A stretch of 64,000 bases of DNA, from the NCBI GenBank assembly GCA_964187785.1, contig OZ076420.1, positions 44,516,001-44,580,000 of the forward strand. The letters run 5' to 3'. This document shows, one piece after another, positions 24,801 to 33,800 of the stretch (the first letter of the stretch is position 1; every line of letters begins with the position of its first letter). The notes under the pieces are model-generated. The model was given only the letters and a program-made list of their open reading frames with translations. It did not search any database and had not been told where the DNA came from. A program made the position numbers and the translations under genes. The stretch comes from Amphiscolops sp. MND2022 (taxonomy: Eukaryota).

Positions 24801-27800
24801 CTTCTTCGGGAGCTGCTGTTCCACTGTCTTCTTCAGGTGCGTCCTCTTGAGGTTCTTCAGCCACAGTCTCTTCGACTAGAGTTGCTTCTTCAGGTTCATC
24901 TGTCTGTGGTGGTGCACTTTCTGCTTCGGCTTCGTCCCTAGGAACTTCTGGCTCTTCTCCGGGTGCAGCTATTTCACTGTCTTCTTCAGGTGCGTTTTCT
25001 GGAGGTTCTTCAGCCACGGTCTCATCGGATGGAGTTGCTTCTTCAGGCTCATCTGTCTGTTGTGGTGCACTTTCTGCTTCGGCTTCGTCCCTAGGAACTT
25101 CTGGCTCTTCTCCGGGTGCAGCTGTTTCACTGTCTTCTTCAGGTGCGTTTTCTGGAGGTTCTTCAGCCACGGTCTCATCGGATGGAGTTGCTTCTTCAGG
25201 CTCATCTGTCTGTTGTGGTGCACTTTCTGCTTCAGCTTCCGCGTAAGGAACTTCTGGCTCTTCTTCGGGTGCAACTGTTTTACTGTCTTCTTCAGGTGCG
25301 TCTTTTTGAGGTTCTTCTGCCACAGTCTCTTCGGCTGGAGCTACTTCTTCAGGTTCATCTGTCGGTGGTGGTGGTGGAGCACTTTCTGCTTCGGCTTCGT
25401 CCGTAGGAACTTCTGGCTCTTCTTCGGGTGCAGCTGTTTCACTGTCTTCTTCAGGTGCATCGTCTGGACGTTCTTCAGCCACGGTCTCTTTGGTTGGAGT
25501 TGCTTCTCCAGGCTCATCTGTCCGTTGTTGTGCACTTTCTGCTTCAGCTTCCGCGGTAGGAACTTCTGGCTCTTCTTCGGGTGCAGCTGTTTCACTGTCT
25601 TCTTCAGGTGCGTCTTCTAGAGGTTCTTCAGCCACAGTCTCTTCGGCTGGAGCTGCTTCTTCAGGCTCATCAGTCTGTTGTGGTGCACTTTCTGCTTCAG
25701 CTTCGTCTGTAGGGTTTTCTGGCTCTTCTTTGGGAGCTGCTGTTTCACTGTCTTCTTCAGGTGCGTCTTCTTGGGGTTCTTCAGTCACAGTCTCCTCGGC
25801 TGGAGCTACTTGTTCCGATTCATCTGTCGGTGGTGGTGCACATTCTGCTTCAGCTCCGTCTGTAGGAACTTCTGGTTCTTCTTCGGGAGCTGCTGTTTCA
25901 CTGTCTTCTTCAGGTGCGTCTTCTAGAGGTTCTTCAGCCACAGTCTCTTCGGCTGGAGCTGCTTCTTCAGGCTCATCTGTCTCTGGTGGTGCACCTTCTG
26001 CTTCAGGTTCGTCCGTAGGAACTTCTAGCTCTTCTTCGGGAGCTGCTGTTTCACTGCTTTCTTCAGGCGCGTCTCCTTGAGATTCTTCAGCCACAGTCTC
26101 TTCGGCTGGAGCTGCTTCTTCAGGCTCATCAGTCTGTTGTGGCGCACTTTCTGCTTCAGCTTCGTCTGTAGGGTTTTCTGGCTCTTCTTCGGGAGCTGCT
26201 GTTTCACTGTCTTCTTCAGGTGCGTCTTCTTGAGATTCTTCAGCCACAGTCTCGTCGGCTGGAGCTACTTCTTCAGGTTCATCTGTCGATGGTGGTGCAC
26301 TTTCTGCTTCAGCTTCGTCTGTAGGGTTTTCTGGCTCTTCTTCGGGAGCTGCAGTTTCACTGTCTTCTTCAGGTGCGTCTTCTTGAAGTTCTTCAGCCAC
26401 AGTCTCTTCGGCTGGAGCCACTCCTTCAGGTTCTTCTGTCGGTGGTGGTGCACATTCTGCTTCAGCTTCGTCTGTAGGAACTTCTGATTTTTCTTCGGGA
26501 GCTGCTGTTTCACTGTCTTCTTCAGGTGCGTCTTCTTGAGGTCCTTCAGCCATAGTCTTTTCGGTTGGAGCTGCTTCTTCAGGTTCATTTGTCTGTGGTG
26601 GTGCACTTTCTGCTTCGGCGTTGTCCGTAGGAACTTCTGGTTCTTCTTCGGGAGCTGCTGTTTCACTGTCTTCTTCAGGTGCGTCTTCTTGAGCTTCTTC
26701 AGCCACAATCTCGTCGGCTGGAGCTACTTCTTCAGGTTGTGTTGTCGGTGGTGGTGCACTTTCTGCTTCAGCTTCGTCTGTAGGGTTTTCTGGCTCTACT
26801 TCGGGAGCTGCTGTTTCACTGTCGTCTTCAGGTGCGTCTTCTTGAGGTTCTTCAGCCACAGTCTTTTCGGTTGGAGCTGCTTCTTCATGTTCATTTGTCT
26901 GTGGTGGTGCACTTTCTGCTTCGGCTTTGTCCGTAGGAACTTCTGGTTCTTCCTCGGGAGCTGCTGTTTCACTGTCTTCTTCAGGTGCGTCTTCTTGAGC
27001 TTCTTCAGCCACAGTCTCGTCGGCTGGAGCTACTTCTTCAGGTTCTTCTGTCGGTGGTGGTGCACATTCTGCTTCAGATTCGTCTGTAGGGACTTCTGAT
27101 TTTTCTTCGGGAGCTGCTGTTTCACTGTCTTCTTCAGGTGCGTCTTCTTGAGCTTCTTCAGCCACAGTCTCGTCGGCTGGAGCTACTTCTTCAGGTTCTT
27201 CTGTCGGTGGTGGTGCACATTCTGCTTCAGCTTCATCTGTAGGAACTTCTGGTTCTTCTTCGGGAGCTGCTGTTTCACTGTCTTCTTCAGGTGCGTCTTC
27301 TTGAGCTTCTTCAGCCACAGTCTTGTCGGCTGGAGCTACTTCTTCAGGTTCTTCTGTCGGTGGTGGTGCACATTCTGCTTCAACTTCGTCTGTAGGAACT
27401 TCTGGTTCTTCTTCGGAAGCTGCTGTTTCACTGTCTTCTTCAGGTGCGTCTTCTTGAGCTTCTTCAGCCACAGTCTTGTCGGCTGGAGCTACTTCTTCAG
27501 GTTCTTCTGTCGGTGGTGGTGCACATTCTGCTTCAGCTTCGTCTGTAGGAACTTCTGGTTCTTCTTCGGAAGCTGCTGTTTCACTGTCTTCTTCAGGTGC
27601 GTCTTCTTGAGCTTCTTCAGCCACAGTCTCGTCGGCTGGAGCTACTTCTTCAGGTTCTTCTGTCGGTGGTGGTGCACATTCTGCTTCACCTTCGTCTGTA
27701 GGAACTTCTGGTTCTTCTTCGAGAGCTGCTGTTTCACTGTCTTCTTCAGGTGCGTCTTCTTGAGCTTCTTCAGCCACAGTCTCGTCGGCTGGAGCTACTT

Positions 27801-30800
27801 CTTCAGGTTCATTTGTCTGTGGTGGTGCACTTTCTGCTTCGGCTTTGGCCGTAGGAACTTCCGGTTCTTCTTCGGGAGCTGCTGTTTCACTGTCTTCTTC
27901 AGGTGCGTCTTCTTGAGCTTCTTCAGCCTCAGTCTCGTCGGCTGGAGCTACTTCTTCAGGTTCTTCTCTCGGTGGTGGTGCACATTCTGCTTCACCTTCG
28001 TCTGTAGGAATTTCTGGTTCTTCTTCGGGAGCTGCTGTTTCACTGTCTTCTTCAGGTGCGTCTTCTTGAGCTTCTTCAGCCACAGTCTCGTCGGCTGGAG
28101 CTACTTCTTCAGGTTCTTCTGTCGGTGGTGGTGCACATTCTGCTTCAGCTTCGTCTGTAGGAACTTCTGGTTCTTCTTCGGGAGCTGCTGTTTCACTGTC
28201 TTCTTCAGGTGCGTCTTCTTGAGCTTCTTCAGCCACAGTCTCGTCGGCTGGAGCTACTTCTTCAGGTTCTTCTGTCGGTGGTGGTGCACATTCCGCTTCA
28301 GCTTCGTCTGTAGGAACTTCTGGTTCTTCTTCGGGAGCTGCTGTTTCACTGTCTTCTTCAGGTGCGTCTTCTTGAGGTTCTTCAGCCACAGTCTCGTCGG
28401 CTGGAGCTACTTCTTCAGGTTCTTCTGTCGGTGGTGGTGCACTTTCTGTTTCAGCTTCGTCTGTAGGAACTTCTGGCTCTTCTTCGGGTGCAGCTGTTTC
28501 ACTGTCTTCTTCAGGTGCGTCTTCTTGAGCTTCTTCAGCCACAGTCTCGTCGGCTGGAGCTACTTCTTCAGGTTCTTCTGTCGGTGGTGGTGCACATTCT
28601 GCTTCACCTTCGTCTGTAGGAACTTCTGGTTCTTCTTCGGGAGCTGCTGTTTCACTGTCTTCTTCAGGTGCGTCTTCTTGAGCTTCTTCAGCCACAGTCT
28701 CGTCGGCTGGAGCTACTTCTTCAGGTTCTTCTGTCGGTGGTGGTGCACATTCTGCTTCAGCTTCGTCTGTAGGAACTTCTGGTTCTTCTTCGGGAGCTGC
28801 TGTTTCACTGTCTTCTTCAGGTGCGTCTTCTTGAGGTTCTTCAGCCACAGTCTTTTCGGTTGGAGCTGCTTCTTCAGGTTCATTTGTCTGTGGTGGTGCA
28901 CTTTCTGCTTCGGCTTTGGCCGTAGGAATTTCCGGTTCTTCTTCGGGAGCTGCTGTTTCACTGTCTTCTTCAGGTGCGTCTTCTTGAGCTTCTTCAGCCA
29001 CAGTCTCGTCGGCTGGAGCTACTTCTTCAGGTTCTTCTGTCGGTGGTGGTGCACTTTCTGCTTCAGCTTCGTCTGTAGGAACTTCTGGTTCTTCTTCGGG
29101 AGCTGCTGTTTCACTGTCTTCTTCAGGTATGTCTTCTTGAGCTTCTTCAGCCACAGTCTCGTCGGCTGGAGCTACTTCTTCAGGTTCTTCTGTCGGTGGT
29201 GGTGCACATTCCGCTTCAGCTTCGTCTGTAGGAACTTCTGGTTCTTCTTCGGGAGCTGCTGTTTCACTGTCTTCTTCAGGTGCGTCTTCTTGAGGTTCTT
29301 CAGCCACAGTCTCGTCGGCTGGAGCTACTTCTTCAGGTTCTTCTGTCGGTGGTGGTGCACTTTCTGCTTCAGCTTCGTCTGTAGGAACTTCTGGCTCTTC
29401 TTCGGGTGCAGCTGTTTCACTGTCTTCTTCAGGTGCGTCTCCTTGAGCTTCTTCAGCCACAGTCTCGTCGGCTGGAGCTACTTCTTCAGGTTCTTCTGTC
29501 GGTGGTGGTGCACATTCTGCTTCACCTTCGTCTGTAGGAACTTCTGGTTCTTCTTCGGGAGCTGCTGTTTCACTGTCTTCTTCAGGTGCGTCTTCTTGAG
29601 CTTCTTCAGCCACAGTCTCGTCGGCTGGAGCTACTTCTTCAGGTTCTTCTGTCGGTGGTGGTGCACATTCTGCTTCAGCTTCGTCTGTAGGAACTTCTGG
29701 TTCTTCTTCGGGAGCTGCTGTTTCACTGTCTTCTTCAGGTGCGTCTTCTTGAGGTTCTTCAGCCACAGTCTTTTCGGTTGGAGCTGCTTCTTCAGGTTCA
29801 TTTGTCTGTGGTGGTGCACTTTCTGCTTCGGCTTTGGCCGTAGGAACTTCCGGTTCTTCTTCGGGAGCTGCTGTTTCACTGTCTTCTTCAGGTGCGTCTT
29901 CTTGAGCTTCTTCAGCCACAGTCTCGTCGGCTGGAGCTACTTCTTCAGGTTCTTCTGTCGGTGGTGGTGCACTTTCTGCTTCAGCTTCGTCTGTAGGAAC
30001 TTCTGGCTCTTCTTCGGGTGCAGCTGTTTCACTGTCTTCTTCAGGTGCGTCTCCTTGAGCTTCTTCAGCCACAGTCTCGTCGGCTGGAGCTACTTCTTCA
30101 GGTTCTTCTGTCGGTGGTGGTGCACATTCTGCTTCACCTTCGTCTGTAGGAACTTCTGGTTCTTCTTCGGGAGCTGCTGTTTCACTGTCTTCTTCAGGTG
30201 CGTCTTCTTGAGCTTCTTCAGCCACAGTCTCGTCGGCTGGAGCTACTTCTTCAGGTTCTTCTGTCGGTGGTGGTGCACATTCTGCTTCAGCTTCGTCTGT
30301 AGGAACTTCTGGTTCTTCTTCGGGAGCTGCTGTTTCACTGTCTTCTTCAGGTGCGTCTTCTTGAGGTTCTTCAGCCACAGTCTTTTCGGTTGGAGCTGCT
30401 TCTTCAGGTTCATTTGTCTGTGGTGGTGCACTTTCTGCTTCGGCTTTGGCCGTAGGAACTTCCGGTTCTTCTTCGGGAGCTGCTGTTTCACTGTCTTCTT
30501 CAGGTGCGTCTTCTTGAGCTTCTTCAGCCACAGTCTCGTCGGCTGGAGCTACTTCTTCAGGTTCTTCTGTCGGTGGTGGTGCACATTCTGCTTCAGCTTC
30601 GTCTGTAGGAACTTCTGGCTCTTCTTCGGGTGCAGCTGTTTCACTGTCTTCTTCAGGTGCGTCTCCTTGAGCTTCTTCAGCCACAGTCTCGTCGGCTGGA
30701 GCTACTTCTTCAGGTTCTTCTGTCGGTGGTGGTGCATATTCTGCTTCACCTTCGTCTGTAGGAACTTCTGGTTCTTCTTCGGGAGCTGCTGTTTCACTGT

Positions 30801-33800
30801 CTTCTTCAGGTGCGTCTTCTTGAGCTTCTTCAGCCACAGTCTCGTCGGCTGGAGCTACTTCTTCAGGTTCTTCTGTCGGTGGTGGTGCACATTCTGCTTC
30901 AGCTTCGTCTGTAGGAACTTCTGGTTCTTCTTCGGGAGCTGCTGTTTCACTGTCTTCTTCAGGTGCGTCTTCTTGAGGTTCTTCAGCCACAGTCTTTTCG
31001 GTTGGAGCTGCTTCTTCAGGTTCATTTGTCTGTGGTGGTGCACTTTCTGCTTCGGCTTTGTCCGTAGGAACTTCCGGTTCTTCTTCGGGAGCTGCTGTTT
31101 CACTGTCTTCTTCAGGTGCGTCTTCTTGAGCTTCTTCAGCCACAGTCTCGTCGGCTGGAGCTACTTCTTCAGGTTCTTCTGTCGGTGGTGGTGCACTTTC
31201 TGCTTCAGCTTCGTCTGTAGGAAGTTCTGGTTCTTCTTCGGGAGCTGCTGTTTCACTGTCTTCTTCAGGTGCGTCTTCTTGAGCTTCTTCAGCCACAGTC
31301 TCGTCGGCTGGAGCTACTTCTTCAGGTTCTTCTGTCGGTGGTGGTGCACATTCTGCTTCACCTTCGTCTGTAGGAACTTCTGGTTCTTCTTCGGGAGCTG
31401 CTGTTTCACTGTCTTCTTCAGGTGCGTCTTCTTGAGCTTCTTCAGCCACAGTCTCGTCGGCTGGAGCTACTTCTTCAGGTTCTTCTGTCGGTGGTGGTGC
31501 ACATTCTGCTTCACCTTCGTCTGTAGGAACTTCTGGTTCTTCTTCGGGAGCTGCTGTTTCACTGTCTTCTTCAGGTGCGTCTTCTTGAGCTTCTTCAGCC
31601 ACAGTCTCGTCGGCTGGAGCTACTTCCTCAGGTTCTTCTGTCGGTGGTGGTGCACGTTCCGCTTCAGCTTCGTCTGTAGGAACTTCTGGTTCTTTTTCGG
31701 GAGCTGCTGTTTCACTGTCTTCTTCAGGTGCGTCTTCTTGAGGTTCTTCAGCCACAGTCTTTTCGGTTGGAGCTGCTTCTTCAGGTTCATTTGTCTGTGG
31801 TGGTGCACTTTCTGCTTCGGCTTTGGCCGTAGGAACTTCCGGTTCTTCTTCGGGAGCTGCTGTTTCACTGTCTTCTTCAGGTGCGTCTTCTTGAGCTTCT
31901 TCAGCCACAGTCTCGTCGGCTGGAGCTACTTCTTCAGGTTCTTCTCTCGGTGGTGGTGCACATTCTGCTTCAACTTCGTCTGTAGGAACTTCTGGTTCTT
32001 CTTCGGGAGCTGCTGTTTCACTGTCTTCTTCAGGTGCGTCTTCTTGAGCTTCTTCAGCCACAGTCTCGTCGGCTGGAGCTACTTCTTCAGGTTCTTCTGT
32101 CGGTGGTGGTGCACATTCCGCTTCAGCTTCGTCTGTAGGAACTTCTGGTTCTTCTTCGGGAGCTGCTGTTTCACTGTCTTCTTCAGGTGCGTCTTCTTGA
32201 GGTTCTTCAGCCACAGTCTCGTCGGCTGGAGCTACTTCTTCAGGTTCTTCTGTCGGTGGTGGTGCACATTCTGCTTCACCTTCGTCTGTAGGAACTTCTG
32301 GCTCTTCTTCGGGTGCAGCTGTTTCACTGTCTTCTTCAGGTGCGTCTCCTTGAGCTTCTTCAGCCACAGTCTCGTCGGCTGGAGCTACTTCTTCAGGTTC
32401 TTCTGTCGGTTGTGGTGCACATTCTGCTTCAGCTTCGTCTGTAGGAACTTCTGGCTCTTCTTCGGGTGCAGCTGTTTCACTGTCTTCTTCAGGTGCGTCT
32501 CCTTGAGCTTCTTCAGCCACAGTCTCGTCGGCTGGAGCTACTTCTTCAGGTTCTTCTGTCGGTGGTGGTGCACATTCTGCTTCACCTTCGTCTGTAGGAA
32601 CTTCTGGTTCTTCTTCGGGAGCTGCTGTTTCACTGTCTTCTTCAGGTGCGTCTTCTTGAGCTTCTTCAGCCACAGTCTCGTCGGCTGGAGCTACTTCTTC
32701 AGGTTCTTCTGTCGGTGGTGGTGCACATTCTGCTTCACCTTCGTCTGTAGGAACTTCTGGTTCTTCTTCGGGAGCTGCTGTTTCACTGTCTTCTTCAGGT
32801 GCGTCTTCTTGAGGTTCTTCAGCCACAGTCTCGTCGGCTGGAGCTACTTCTTCAGGTTCTTCTGTCGGTGGTGGTGCACATTCTGCTTCAGCTTCGTCTG
32901 TAGGAACTTCTGGTTCTTCTTCGGGAGCTGCTGTTTCACTGTCTTCTTCAGGTGCGTCTTCTTGAGGTTCTTCAGCCACAGTCTTTTCGGTTGGAGCTGC
33001 TTCTTCAGGTTCATTTGTCTGTGGTGGTGCACTTTCTGCTTCGGCTTTGTCCGTAGGAACTTCCGGTTCTTCTTCGGGAGCTGCTGTTTCACTGTCTTCT
33101 TCAGGTGCGTCTTCTTGAGCTTCTTCAGCCACAGTCTCGTCGGCTGGAGCTACTTCTTCAGGTTCTTCTGTCGGTGGTGGTGCACTTTCTGCTTCAGCTT
33201 CGTCTGTAGGAACTTCTGGTTCTTCTTCGGGAGCTGCTGTTTCACTGTCTTCTTCAGGTGCGTCTTCTTGAGGTTCTTCAGCCACAGTCTCGTCGGCTGG
33301 AGCTACTTCTTCAGGTTCTTCTGTCGGTGGTGGTGCACTTTTTGCTTCAGCTTCGTCTGTAGGAACTTCTGGCTCTTCTTCGGGTGCAGCTGTTTCACTC
33401 TCTTCTTGAAAACATTCCTCCGAGCTTTGATTTGACTCAGCACCCGTAAGGTTAACTTGATCTCTTTCATCTTGGTTTTCTTCTGACTTGATATGTTCCT
33501 CGGTTTCATCTTTTGTTTCCTGGTCAATCTCCGGTAGTTTGTTTTCGCATGTATCCTCTGGTTTCATATCCGAATTGGTGGCAGTTTCTGCTTCTTTAGT
33601 ATTGTCATTTGTTTCAGTTGGCAGTGCTTGTGGTTTCCCGTCTTCAGTCTGGGGGGATTCATAGCTTTTGGTTTCCATTTTGGAAGCTTCTTCTTTCAGC
33701 ACTTGTGTGATTGTTTCTTCTGATGAAACTGAAATTTGTGTAACTTGCACAGTGATGCGACTTAAATGAGTACGGTTTTGGAGAGCACTTTCCATTACTT

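Noticed and set aside
27148-33435. 2095-aa plus-strand ORF (F/C/S/W/R-rich)
   Set aside because: Antisense shadow of the homogeneous 153-bp array; one stop-free frame in the unit is propagated by repetition and it ends where homogeneity ends.
18033-33527. Many K/Q/L-rich minus-strand and S/A/G-rich plus-strand ORFs
   Set aside because: Alternative frames of the same coding repeat; no independent start or splice context.
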